The position numbers were made by a program, and so were the translations under genes. DNA of 55,312 nucleotides, filler included, from Stramenopiles sp. TOSAG23-3 (taxonomy: Eukaryota), in NCBI GenBank assembly GCA_900128585.1. It is 4 parts of 4 records of this genome, joined end to end, with 100 filler letters (N's around TTAATTAATTAA, not from the genome) between each part and the next. Parts side by side here need not be neighbours in the genome. Positions count along the whole stretch, not along the records: positions 25,578 to 51,017 come from LT642289.1; 3 more parts are not named here. The stretch is one strand, 5' to 3'. The notes beneath the pieces were generated by a model. That model did no database searches. It was not told where the DNA came from and saw nothing but the letters and a program-made list of their open reading frames with translations. Shown piece after piece: positions 30,547 through 42,900 of the stretch (positions within the stretch are counted from its first letter, which is position 1; every line of letters begins with the position of its first letter).

Positions 30547-33500
30547 TTATTTTCTTGCACCGTTCATATGGCCACACTGATCGTACAGCTTTTTAAATTT
30601 TTTAGATTTTTTAGATTTTCGTGTCCCAGATCCTGTTGGGTTTACAGTATCCGGCGATGATTTTCGTTTCGGGGAGGGGTAGTCAGCAGATTCGAACGGT
30701 TGATTTCCACTGCTTCCTGCTCCTTCGCCGGCGCTCGGCGCACGTGGTTTTGCGTCAATAATTTCAGAGGATGCTGGTGCGGATACTTTCCTGTCCAAGC
30801 TGCTGGGGGTTGTGGGTATCACTGGGCTGCTGACGGCAAACGATGCGCAGCCCTCACCGAGGCTTCTGTCCAAACTTGGTGGCAGAGGCAATGGTGGACA
30901 ATTACGTTGCATCGCTTTGGCGCTCGCGCGGTCAGATGGTGAGGGAGCGAATGTTGCTGCGGAAAGTACATTCCCGCCTATTTTGTCGTTTCCATTTGCA
31001 AGAGAGACGCTGGGTGATTCTACATTCAATGTTGATGGAACGCTCGCGGAAGTTGGTTGGTCGGAACCTTGAACGCTCATTGAACACAATCCATCTGACA
31101 AATACCTGACGTTCTGCGGTCCAGGAGAACTGGTCAGTATGCCTTGGCTGTTTCCGCCAATGCTTGGGCTTTTAAGATAGGCCTCGTGAGATTCTTCGTC
31201 TGAATCACTGTCGGATGAAGCGCAATATGAACAATGTGACAAACTAATAATGTCGTTCTTTAGTGACTGGCCTTGAGAACTTGCAATTAATTGTGACTCA
31301 ACTGATTCTTGCACCACCAACGTGCTGCCACCACCGCTTGAGTTGCTCTCGATGGTCCCAGCTATAGAAAGTCCAGAGCTGTCGGTTTCATGTCCACACA
31401 AGTGTTCAAAAATATGGTAATCCTGCTCACCGCTCTTGGGGCAGCACAAGTGGTAAACCCCTTGCAGCAGCGAGTGCCCTTCTTCCGCGTTTGGGTTTTC
31501 GAATATGTCGAACGAAGGATTAATGATGGGATCTGACACGATGAAAATTACTTTTGATTTAGCCCTAGTAAGTGCCACGATTAATCGGTTACGGGAAAAC
31601 AAGAAACTGCTTTCTGCACGAACCATGCTGCTGTCAACAAATCCATAGCATATGATCACCAGCGCAGCTTCTTGCCCTTGCATGCATTCGACAGTGTTTA
31701 CAGTCACCCCTTCGAGATGCCGCTCAGAGATGCCGTTGAGTATCGCTTTCCGCTGTACATGGTGCGGTGTGATACAGAACACTCGGCCTTCGTCTTCAGA
31801 AGATTCTCTATAGCGGTTGACAATACGTGCAACCAGCTCTGCTTCGAAACTTCGGCCCTCCTCGTTTGTGAATGGCTCGGGCGCGCTAGAGGCAAGCTTA
31901 ACCATTGTCACGGCATGCTTTGGGTTTAGATATTGGTTTAACTTATCATCCAGAGCACTCCGTGGAGGTGGCGGTTCAAACTTCAGGCGCTCTGCACGGG
32001 CATAGACGCCGGCTGCATTCATCCGGCACTTACAGCCGCCGTTAGAGCAAATTTTGTACGAAGAGTAGCCTAGCGTATGCTCTGTCATTTTCGCGAGCGG
32101 GCGGCTCATTCGATGGTTTTCGTTCAGCTGTTTAAAATAAGACCCATCAGGATCAGCCTGCCCTGCCAGTTCAGTTGCAAGACGATTCTTAAGGTAAGTG
32201 AGAAAAGACTCGTACACTCTTGGCTGTGTTATTTCAGCTTCCAAATCTTTAGGGTACTCCTCGTGGACAATTGGTGCAAGTTGGAAATGGTCCCCAACTA
32301 CAACTAAGCGCCCCTTGTCCTTCTGCAGCAAATTTATTGCAAGTGCTGCTTCTGGGACTCTCAACTGGGAAGCTTCATCTACGAACAGCATATCAAATTC
32401 ATAAGTTTTCTTGGCTGTTTTGTCCAAAAAATTACGCTTGAAACGGTTGAGTGTCCATACTGTAGCACCAATGACGCACTGCGGGTTATCCTCCAAGAAC
32501 TTCGTCATGGAATTGGGACGACGAATCTCCACCAATGGTGCAATTAGCTTGGGGTCGGCCTGTATCCATACCAGCCTTCCGCCAGCAAGTAATCGAACTT
32601 TGTATCGGCTCGATTCAACATCAACTTCGATTACTGTACCTATGGCCCAATCTCCGCTATATTTTACAACGCATTCGTCACCCGGACGATATACCTTTTT
32701 CTGAGGACTATTTTGCATTTTGCAAACCCTCACCGTATCATCTAGCTTTCTAATTTTCTTTAACAAGTTGTTGATTGCCTCGTGTGTTGCAGCCGATACC
32801 AGTATCCGGAATGGCACATTTGCTAATATGAAAATTCGAATCAGTTGAACTATTGTGCTTCCCGAAAAGAAAGTTTTGCCACTTCCTGGGGGTCCCCAAA
32901 CAATTACTAGTCGGTGAGTTCGAATGGCCTCAAATATGTCGCTCTGTGAACTAGTCATTGAGAGCCCTGTTTTGCAGTCGCCCCCGTGTGTATTTATTGG
33001 TCCCTGGAAAGCCTGCAGGGCCGCAGTGTTCTTTCGCAGCCGTTCGCACCAAGCCAAAGGAGAATTCATGACGTACCAATAAGTGCTTACTTGAAGGCAC
33101 CCAAATGCTTTGGCTTCGTCCGAAATGTAATTTTGAAGCTTTTGTGTGTTGAAATCTACGAAACGTGCGTGAACAGAGAATAATTTGTTCCGGTGGTTGC
33201 GAAAGTTGATGCCCGATGCTCTTTGAAACTGATGTTTGCCATTTTTCTTCTTCTTCTGCATAATTGTGAGATTAAGTGTCACCAAATTATTTTCCTTGTC
33301 GATTTTGACAACTCTGCAAAAGCATAGTGGCCAATTGCAACCGGGGTGCATGTTATAAGCTCGGTTGCACATACGCAAGTCGCTGTACTTCACAATATTT
33401 TGCTGCAACTTATTATTGTCTTTTCCCTCGACTAAAATGTAAGGACATGCCCCAAATTTGCAGTCGTCCAAGCTATCGATTCCAGCGATACATCGGAAGA

Positions 33501-36422
33501 TAACGTCGCCCGAAATATTTTCATAGAGATATTTGCCATCTACTGATCCATCAGCGTATGCTTCAAAACGCAATACTGCTATTTTATCTTGTGTAATCTG
33601 ATTTGGCAACGACGTTGTTCGGGACTGTAATTTTTCCCTATATCTAGAAAGGAATTCAAAGTCAACAAAAAATCGCATTTTTTGGTACATAATGTCCTCA
33701 AATTGCAGCGGTGGGTCGACTTTAAGCGTGTCCGCTTCTTTCGGCAAAAACTTGGCAACGCCACGGCCAGGGGCTCTTAGGGCGCACAAAAGTGCGTTGC
33801 AAGCGCTTAACTCCCTCAGCAAGAGCGCTTTTAGTCGTTTGTATTTGTCGTCACTGACGCGGGCTTTGAATGCGTGCGCTAGCGCCCATGACTCGTAGAT
33901 CCCCTGCTCCCCGAAACTGTCTAGCGCCTGTTCGTACGCTTCGGGGGAAATGTCGAGCGGCTTGTTACACAAACACTTCATTACGTCTTTCACGGTATAA
34001 AATGATGGAATCGGTAAAGCCACAAGTTTTTTTATTTCTTCCAATACGACGGAAAAACGTGGAAGCACATCTTGAAGTGCCTGCGTTTTCATATCCGGCT
34101 GGTGCTTCCAAACAATGTCGTCTGCTGTGTGCATCAGAACGTACAAACATTTGAGGGTATTTTCAAAACCCACTTGATTCGGATCTGAGCCTTCTCTCTT
34201 GTAAGTTTCCAGCAAGTCAATCAACGAGGATACAATTGTTGCTGCAGTGTTTCTGTCTACAACATAGAACGACGTTTTTGGCTTCGATTCTGGGTTCAAC
34301 TCCGTCAGTTCATCCATAATTTCTACCATGTCAGAAACGAATTTTTTCATCAGTCCTCGGGACGCCTCCATGAATGTTTCGAATTTTTTAACCATATTCA
34401 CGGGTCCTTGTGATTGTTTCGCCCCCTCCGGCGATTGTCTCTCATCCCCTTCGTTCCTTTCGGGGGCCATATTGGACGGTCGCGGAATGACTTCAAAATA
34501 AGTTTTTGTCCACTGATTGTAGCTGTAGTCCGTTCCTGGTGCATTTGCACCAGATCTGGTGCAAATGCAGTAGGAATATACACAATCGGAGCGCAAATCT
34601 TTCGGCATGGCAATAAAAACTCCCCAATCTTCTTCATTCGGAATTTGAAGACTGTATGCGCCTGTGGGATAAAACACCTGCTTTTTCCAACGGTCATCTG
34701 CCTTCGAACGGTTTGTATTGTATTCCTGCAAAGCTTTCAGCTTTGGAATGCCCCCGTCCAGCAGACCGCAAGCGTCGAACTTGACACCAAGTGTCGCACT
34801 CAAATTCCTTCTTTCTTCGAGCGACGTGGATGGATTTCCGACGTCATTGCCTTCTACGTGTTCGCTTGCTTTTAATTGCGCCAGGCACTTGCTCAGGCTT
34901 TCGATATCTTCGCATGCGCCAACTGCAGGTGCAATGCTGTGGTTCCCCGCCAATGCCTCATTTTTTCTCCCGACAAAACTTTCGAGCCATTCTTTCTGCT
35001 CCCGCTCTATGTGCGGGATCTGCGAAAGCGTTTTCTTCTTGCTGGCTTCCGTTCTGCACTTATCAAACCAGCGGCAGCCCACACAACGCTCAGAAAAATG
35101 CCACTTTTGAACACTGTGCCCTTTTGTATAGTTTTCTTCCGTCAGAATAGTCGGCAATGTATGTTCGATGAATCGGTCCAGTGCTGGGATCATATCGCAC
35201 AAGGAAAACATGGAGGGGGCCGTTTTACCATTCAACCACACACCTGCAACATCAGAAATCTTTACCTGCGTTTTGTACGTCGTGTTTGTGACTTCGACTA
35301 TTTTGCGCAGTGCGATACCGTAAAACGTTACTTGCGCGCGATGTTCGAGTTTGATGTACCTTGACGCTTTTGCGTCAATTACAACTGCAATTCGTTCCTT
35401 CTTCTCGTTTTCTTCTATCACGATTAAATCTGGCATAAAGCGGGTAAACTTGACTGCGCCCTTCAGCTCATTTTCGTAAAACTCGGGGGGGACCTGGAAC
35501 AGGGTTTGAAACAGGACGGTGCCTGAAAAGGGGGGTGGGGTATAAGTCAGCGATGCCATGAATGAGACATGTAAAGAAGGGTTGAACAAAGTAGATACTT
35601 ACCAACTTCTGCGGTATGTAAAAGCTCCCGGGAACGACGGGCCTGGACCAAATAGAACTTACATGTATCGTCGTGCCGCTCCTCGGGAAATTTGCAACGG
35701 CACTTAGATCGTGTTCTTGCCAGTTTTTCTAAATCGATTACCGTCTTTTTATTCAGGTTGGGGGTCTGCAGTTCGTCTCGGGCTGCTTGTACTGGGTTCT
35801 GTGCTTTGTTCAGCTCGTGCCACCGTTCAGGCAGGCCAGTGTTCTGCAAGTGTTCCACCAGCCGGTCCTCCCAGTCAAATCCTTTGTCCAGCACCGACGA
35901 CATCCGACTGCCCTTGCGTACAATTTCATGCATATCGGTAGACTTATGGCCCAATAAATTCTGCATTTCACCGCCACCACCACCTTTTACAGCTGAACCT
36001 AAATGCAAATAACGCTCACAACCGTAATGAAAGAACCAACCAAGCATTGACGGGGATATAAAGAACTTTGGCTGCGAGGTAGTGGGACGATTGTTCCGGG
36101 CCGCCGCCCTCGACGCCTTTCGTGCGTTTTCCTGTTCCCGCCGCCGTTCTTTCCCGTGCAAATGGTCCGTGTAATGTTTCAAAATAGTGTCCAAGTCCAA
36201 CGCGATTCGTTTTTTGCACGTCTCGCAGCGAATCGCCTGGAGTTTCGCCTCTAGCCCCTCGCGGAAGTCACTGATAGCAACCATGCTAAACAAGCCATTG
36301 GAATCACGAAGCCTTGTTTTCGTTTCTTCGGGGATATTCCCGGGCAAGGCAGCAATGGCGGCCTCTAGTTGCTCCCCCGGAGCTTCACGTTCATTCACCG
36401 CACCGCCACTAATATCGGCCAT
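30547..36422 (-). CDS. Dna2/Cas4-like Fe-S PD-(D/E)XK nuclease fused to Upf1/Dna2-like SF1B helicase (1931 aa; exons 36422-35603 and 35522-30547)
   Basis: An 80-nt intron GTAAGT(35602)...CTGAC...CTTTTCAG(35523) joins the two listed ORFs in frame (HTAEVG-TVLFQ). Nuclease FMPDLI...VIDAKAS...HRAQVTFY; cysteines GCERY and CVGCRWFDKC; helicase GPPGSGKT, VDEASQ, GDHFQLAP, ENHRM, TPHHVQR, TVECMQGQEA, RLIVALTRAK. Confidence 0.88.
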
Positions 36423-37456
36423 CTGTTCTTCTTTGCAGCCAGTTTAAGCTGCCAGCGGATTTACGAGGTTTTCTATATATTCTGTTCGTGCCTTGAAAAC
36501 AAGAAAACTACTCTTACCGTGACCCAAAAAATGTACGAACAAGCCTAACAAAATATTGTTGTTGTGTGATAATACCCGTATGTATTATTCTGTAAGAAGA
36601 AAAAAGGAACGCGAAAAAAGAAAAAAAAGAAGATATATATTTTTTTTTGCTCCTCCTACTATGGTATAATATTATTCTATGTGTCATTCTCCCTCCTGTG
36701 TGTACCTCTTCCTCCTTGTCATTTCGCGGTTTTCTTCTTCTTCTTCTTCTTCTTCCTCAACAATCAACCTTTTTTTATACAACATGCAATCAGCGTTCGG
36801 TACATTTTGGTTCGTACATTGTTCACCCTGCTGATATATATATTCTAAAGAAGAAGACGACTATCTTTTATCAAAAAAAGAAGACGAATACGCCTCGTAG
36901 TTATGATGAAAGAAGAAAGAAGAACGAACGAAGAAGAAGAATGAAAAAAAAGGAGAGAAATAGTTTTTAATATTTTTAAGTTATATTTCGCATTTATTAA
37001 ATGTTCGAGGTTCGTACTCTCGAATGTATTATTATCAGTTAATGTCACTAGATGCCGCAACCAGAACCTTGCTGTGTCATGAAATTTAACACTCATAGCA
37101 TAATATGTGTCCTTCCCTCTCTCTACATAAAGAAAGTTTTAAAAATGTTTAAAGATATTATTAATACGTGCAACGCACACAGCAGGAGGAAAAAACATCG
37201 GATAAGTAAGAGTTGGCTTCTACCAGTATACTTAAGACCGCAACAAGTATAGGGAATCCCTAATTTTCGGTTTCATATTTTCCGTCTTTAAAGCAATGCG
37301 CTGTGCTGGGAGATATAGAGATACGAAGAACGGCCGGTATGATGAGAATGCCGTAATTTATTATTATTATTATATAATAGTTGTTCATATTTTCATTTCT
37401 TTCTTTCTCAATTCTTTCTTTCCATTCCATCTTTCCATTCCATCTTTCCTTCTATT

Positions 37457-37488
<32 letters not shown>

Positions 37489-37680
37489 TTCCTGTTTGTC
37501 TTTCTGGATTAGATTAAGAAAAACGAATTGTTCCAATTTTCACTGAAGCAACCAACAGGAGAGACCAGGAAGTAAATAGTTTCGGTTAGCATTCTTTCCC
37601 TTGCACTCACTTACTCAACTCACTCATAGGGTTCTTCTGGTTGACTTGTAAACGGGCCCCTTGGTAATAGGCTCGTTTCC

Positions 37681-38037
37681 ATGAATGCAATGGAACGGCC
37701 AAAAGTTTCCAAACCGATACGGAAGAAACTAAAGTCTCCAATAAAAGCATTGAAATCGTTTGCGCGCAATTTTAAAAATCATATTGCACGGTGTACCGAG
37801 ATAGACAAGGCGAACGGTAGGGCAAAGTTTTTGACCAAACGTGTGGGGGCGGGCGGGAGAAACCCTATGCGGCGAAAGGGTTCCCCGACGAAGACGACAG
37901 GCAAGAAGAAGTACAGCGATTTAAGCGACAGCGAGGACGAAGACCAAATCGGGATAGAGATGGACGCGTCGCTTGCCCATGAGCGACGACTTGGACGATC
38001 TGTTATGATGTGGCGTGCAGATATCAAACCTATTTAA
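37681..38037 (+). CDS. Small basic hypothetical protein
   Basis: 118-aa ATG-started ORF on a GC-richer island within AT-rich DNA; no recognisable domain. Confidence 0.5.
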   Translation: MNAMERPKVSKPIRKKLKSPIKALKSFARNFKNHIARCTEIDKANGRAKFLTKRVGAGGRNPMRRKGSPTKTTGKKKYSDLSDSEDEDQIGIEMDASLAHERRLGRSVMMWRADIKPI

Positions 38038-38388
38038 CAAACACACGAATCTGACATTAAACATGTACAGATATATGTATTTTGAGAGATGTTGTTAAAA
38101 TTTTTAAAGAATTAGTCCTCTTACAAATGTAAACATGTGCAGTTAATTTTAGTAAAGGTGTAAAAATGTAAAATTTATTTGCTTTACATTAATAAACACT
38201 CTCCAAATTGGTTCCATTCGACGGAAGAGATCCAGAAGGTTCATTTTGTTTTGGTGTAAAGGCGTTAATGGCGCGCGTAAATTATAAACAAATCTCGTAC
38301 CAAAAAAGGTGTGTTAACTTTTCAATTAATTTAAATAATACTCTCCGCTCTTTAAAACCGAACTGCTTTGTACATGCTGCGGACTTCC

Positions 38389-39117
38389 CTACTTGCTGTC
38401 CCCCTTCGAAGGTGGTGTGTGCGCCCTCGCGATGGCTTTCGCAGCTGCCGACTTTACCTCTTCCTCTAGTTTCAACCGGCGCGTGGCTTCCTCGGCCGAC
38501 CGCCGCTCGATCGCCCCCCCGGCAAACTTTGCGGCCGGCGATGCGGCTTTGGCAGGTTTGAGATTTGAGAAAAACGCTTCGTCCTCTTTTTGTTCCTTAG
38601 CTTCCCGGTCTTTCTGTGGCATGGTTCCCACATCATCGCGTTCAGACGCACTGTCCCCTGCGACCAGGGAGGGAAAAGGGTCCGTCATGTGATGGGCAAT
38701 CATGTCCGCCCTCGACTCCAAGTCTTCCAAATCGTCTACTTTTTGCTTCCAATCCCGAATATGCGGCTCTTCGTGCCGAAATGTGTCTGGGTGTTTGCTG
38801 ACTGCTCTTCGCACTGCGCGCCTAATTTTTCGAACCATGTTGTACCCCTCCACGGTCGAAGGAGTTAGGTTCTCGTCTGGGTAGTGTCTCGTTCGGACGT
38901 AGTCGTCGTCCGACTTCCACCCTTCCGGCGCGCCCCTGACCGTTGCCCCGGGGGGCGTTCCAAGGGCACCTCCGCGGCCGGGGGCATTACTCTGGGGGAG
39001 CGCATCGACCGGGCAGTACAAGACGGAGGGAGAAATCGCAAAAATGAGAGAAAGGATGACAAAAAAAAAAGACCGAGTCTTGGACAAAAGACTCTCGGGG
39101 GCGCACAACAACACCAT
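38389..39117 (-). CDS. Hypothetical secreted or membrane-anchored protein
   Basis: 242-aa ORF; hydrophobic N-terminal segment FFFVILSLIFAISPSVLYC; charged helical C-terminus. Confidence 0.65.
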   Translation of the reverse strand: MVLLCAPESLLSKTRSFFFVILSLIFAISPSVLYCPVDALPQSNAPGRGGALGTPPGATVRGAPEGWKSDDDYVRTRHYPDENLTPSTVEGYNMVRKIRRAVRRAVSKHPDTFRHEEPHIRDWKQKVDDLEDLESRADMIAHHMTDPFPSLVAGDSASERDDVGTMPQKDREAKEQKEDEAFFSNLKPAKAASPAAKFAGGAIERRSAEEATRRLKLEEEVKSAAAKAIARAHTPPSKGDSK

Positions 39118-39987
39118 ACCAGACTATTCAGCGGTGTCCTAAATTAAACGTGACCGAACGACGGCTATATCGTCGATTGGCCTGGCAACTTCCCGTCAGA
39201 GTATGTACGGCCTTGCAGTGATCGTACGGATGTTAATAATACACACCGTTTCAACTCGCTCGTTATTATAAAGGAAATAAACAATGGTCTATAAAGGAAA
39301 GAAAGACCTCCTTTCTTCATTGTCATCTTTATTTTTTATATTTAGAATCATAAAATCATAAACTCATTCCATTTATTCATTCCCCCCAGTTAGTAGTTGT
39401 TTTTTTAATAATTATTAATAAATTTTAACCACCTCCTTCCTCCTCCTTCCTCCTCCTCATCCTCCTTTTTCTTTTTCTTTTTCTTTTTCTTCTTCTTCTT
39501 TTTAAAATTTATGATAGAACCGACTACTACCGTAGTACTAGACAACGAAACACGTAGTATTATTAATACAATACCATAATAATAGTCGTCTAGTAATTGA
39601 AATTCGTTTTTTTTTTTTTTAAATGTTTTTTTTTTCTCTTTCTTTTTTCTTCATAATAAAAAATTAATCTAATAATAATAATTTTGTTTCTTCTTCTTCT
39701 TTTTTTCTGTATCTTTTTTTTTTTGGAATTGAATTTGTGTTTGTAATAACTTTGTGAGCACAATAATATGTACAATAATATATATTATTTTTAAAAATGT
39801 AGACAACCATACGTAATTGTTGGAGTTTTCTTTTTTTACTTTTCTTACCGCTTCGTATAGAACAAAACAGTTGCACCGTACATATATTTTATTCCCTCCC
39901 CGTGAATTTTCATTCACTCCCGTCCGCCTTGTTCGACCGTTTTGATGGGGGCCGTGTAGAAGAAGAAGCGTAGGAGATCGCGCAATC

Positions 39988-42900
39988 ATGTTGAAACGAA
40001 AAATTTTTGAGCTCTTGAACAGTGACGTGTTCGATGATGGAAGAGGGGGCGGGGCGTCAGGATCCCCGGGCGGCAACTGGAAGCAGCGGAACAACAGTTT
40101 TGGAGTGAACAGGGGCGGGGCGAGGGCGGAGTCCCTTGATGCGTTGAAGCGGGGGATGCAGTCGCTCGCTGCGGAGAAGAGGGGCAGCAACGAGTGGCTG
40201 CGGGAGGTGAAGGTGGCGAGCGCCCTCGCCCGTCATATTGTAAATAACTCAAAGATACCGGGGTGGTACTGCCCCGCCACGATACAAGAAACCGTGGACG
40301 CCGCCGCCCACATTTCGAAAACCTACCCCTTCTGCCCGGCCAGCTTCGTCACGAAGCTGTACCAGAACCACTGCGGCACGTACGCGGTTCCCCTCGGGCT
40401 CGGGTGGGGCCTGCACGTGAAGGGGCTCGCCGCGTTCGAGCAATTTTTGCTGCAGTCGTCGAAAGGTTTGGCCAGAGTTTGGCTGGAAGCAGTGAAAACG
40501 GCCCACGCGGAAGCGCCGTGGGGCTCGGAGAGGTCGGCGTATGCGCTCTGGCTGCGGCACGCCACGACGTTCTTGCTGCAGTGCTGCTCCCCAACGCACA
40601 CGGTTGGGGCGGAGGCGAAGCGGAGGCTGCTGTCTCGAAACGCCATGGCAACCGTGAACGAGATGCGCCTAAGGAGCGACAGAGACCGAGACATGCCGCT
40701 GCTGCTGATCTATTTGTTAAAAACCGTGGACGTGGCCGACGACGGCAGCAGACGACTGTGGCTGCGGACGTTCCAGCTGTCCACGCTGAAGAACATCCTT
40801 CGGCTGCCGTCCTCTACGGAGCCGGTGCCGGGCGCCCCCCGGGAGAGCAGCCTGTCCCCCGCTTCGTCCGCGGAGGACCGGCTCCCAACCGTGCTGGACG
40901 CGCTGAGAACATTTGTCGCCCAAATACAGTTAGAGGTCGTCATGGAAGGCTTGCAGTTCCTGCTGAATGAATCGGAGTCCATGCTGGAAGTAAACTGGTG
41001 CCTCATGAGGGAGTGCGTGGGGATGGTGATCGCCAAAGGCCAGGAGGGCGAGAGGGAGAAGGTTTTGCACGGGTTCCTGTCCCTGTCGAAGGGCCTTTGC
41101 GTTGCAAAGATCAAGGAAGGCCTCGTGGCGGTAGTCGCGTCGAATGTGCGGTTCGTTCAATGCCTTCTCCCTTTCATAGCAGGCAAAGGTTACAAGACGT
41201 TCTTCAAGGACATATTTGCGCGACCCTCCAAGGGCAGGGACGGTGGCCGCGCCGGGCCATCTTCTCGGCCGGAAAGCGTGCTGAAGCCCCTGGTGGTTGG
41301 GAACAAGGATGGGGGGAACGTCTACGGTGCAGGGCGGGAGATTCTGGGAAAAGGGTCGTACGATTTGTACGTGGAGCCCAGCAAACGGACCGTTTCGAGC
41401 TTTATCAAGGCCTTGGAGAGCCTTGTTCCCCTGGACAGCGTCGAGATCTTGCGCCTTAACAAGCACGTCGCCCTTTCGTTTCGCCTGGATTTTCGAGACT
41501 TGGTTGCCGACTACGTGGGCCTCGTGAATGCCCGCATCGACGATTTGTGCACCTTGGCGCCCGACGATGGCCCGGGAAGCAGCGCAAAGGACCAGATTGC
41601 AAAGGACATCGTCGCGTACGTCGACGCGTTCCACACCTCGGGACAGGTCCCGAAATCCTTGGCGCAGACGGCCGTCTTCCGAAGGCAGTACTTTGTAAAA
41701 AGAGTTATCCCCGTCCTCCTCTCGTCCTCCCAAGTGTTTATCAGCGATGCAGAGTACAATTTTCACAGAGAAAAGCGGCGGCTCATTGCTGCCCTGGCCG
41801 AAAAGTCGATTCTGCCCGCGAGCGTCTACTCCTCGTTCCTGCGGACGAGCCAAAGCAGCGAGAACCAGATGTCCCAGAGCAGTGGCAGCGACCGCTCCGC
41901 CTCGCTCTTGTCGAAACTGCCCAAAATGGCGCAGTCAATGGTGCGGGCCCCACCGGGCAAGCAGGACGTCGACGCCTCGGAAACGTACCGCATTAGGCGG
42001 CGCAAAACAGTAAAGGCCTGGCGTGCATATTTGGAGAGTTTGGCGAAAGAGATGATTGAGAAGCACGAGGACCGGGGTCAATTAGGAACGTATGTAATGG
42101 AGCTTGTTGACGCGGTCGGCGAATCGATGGTCCAGGTGCTGAACAGCGGACACGATTTTTCCTGCTGCAAAAAGTGGCTGGTCGACCTGTTTCGTGTGCT
42201 GCATCGATTGTTTTGCGATGGAAACATCGCACGTCACACTGATGGTCCTTGCAACGTGCGTGGCTCACTTGTCGCACAGCGCAGTCTTGGCCGACGACGA
42301 GTGCAGCACCAGCCTTTGGGGCCGGAAAGTACTGGCCAAGGTCGGACGGCAGTTGCTGGAGCTGACGTCGACGGAAACCTTCGTGGCAAACGCGTGGACC
42401 TTTTACGAGTACTACTTCCAGGCAGCATCATGGCACTTTGACGGGATCGAACTGCAACCTTTGGGGAGCGCGAGGGCGCACGAACGCCAGCCTGCGCCAA
42501 ACGGGGCGGCCAAAGGTGATTTTCGAGTGGAAGAGAGCATCATCGTGTTTTGCCTCGCGTTGGACCGGAATGCAAAGGGCACCGGGGGCCAGTCGTCTGC
42601 CATGCGCTCCGTGCTAGGGGCCTTATCCATAAGCTCGTCCCTGCCGGACACGCTGATACTGGAGACTTGCTTTTTGAAGACGAACCGTCGGTCGATATCC
42701 GACGTATTTTGGAGCCACCCTCTATATCCCTTTGGGGACATGCACCGAGCGTTTGTAGACATTCTAAAGACCATGCTCTTCCAGCGCGTGTTTCTGAGCA
42801 CGTACGACGCTGCAACGAGTCACGCTCCCAACGAAATGAGCCTGGGGAACTGGCGCTCCTCCACGTCGTCCGAGTGGGACGAGGCCACCGCGCCGTTAGC

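Noticed and set aside
35523-35602. Apparent frameshift or overlap between ORFs 35547-36422 and 30547-35589
   Set aside because: Fully explained by a canonical 80-nt GT-AG intron with branch point.
36647-37517. Short ORFs in AT-rich spacers (poly-K/F/L products; also 7818-8093, 15371-15688, 19781-20398, 46284-46529)
   Set aside because: Translations of CTT/GAA microsatellites and A/T tracts.
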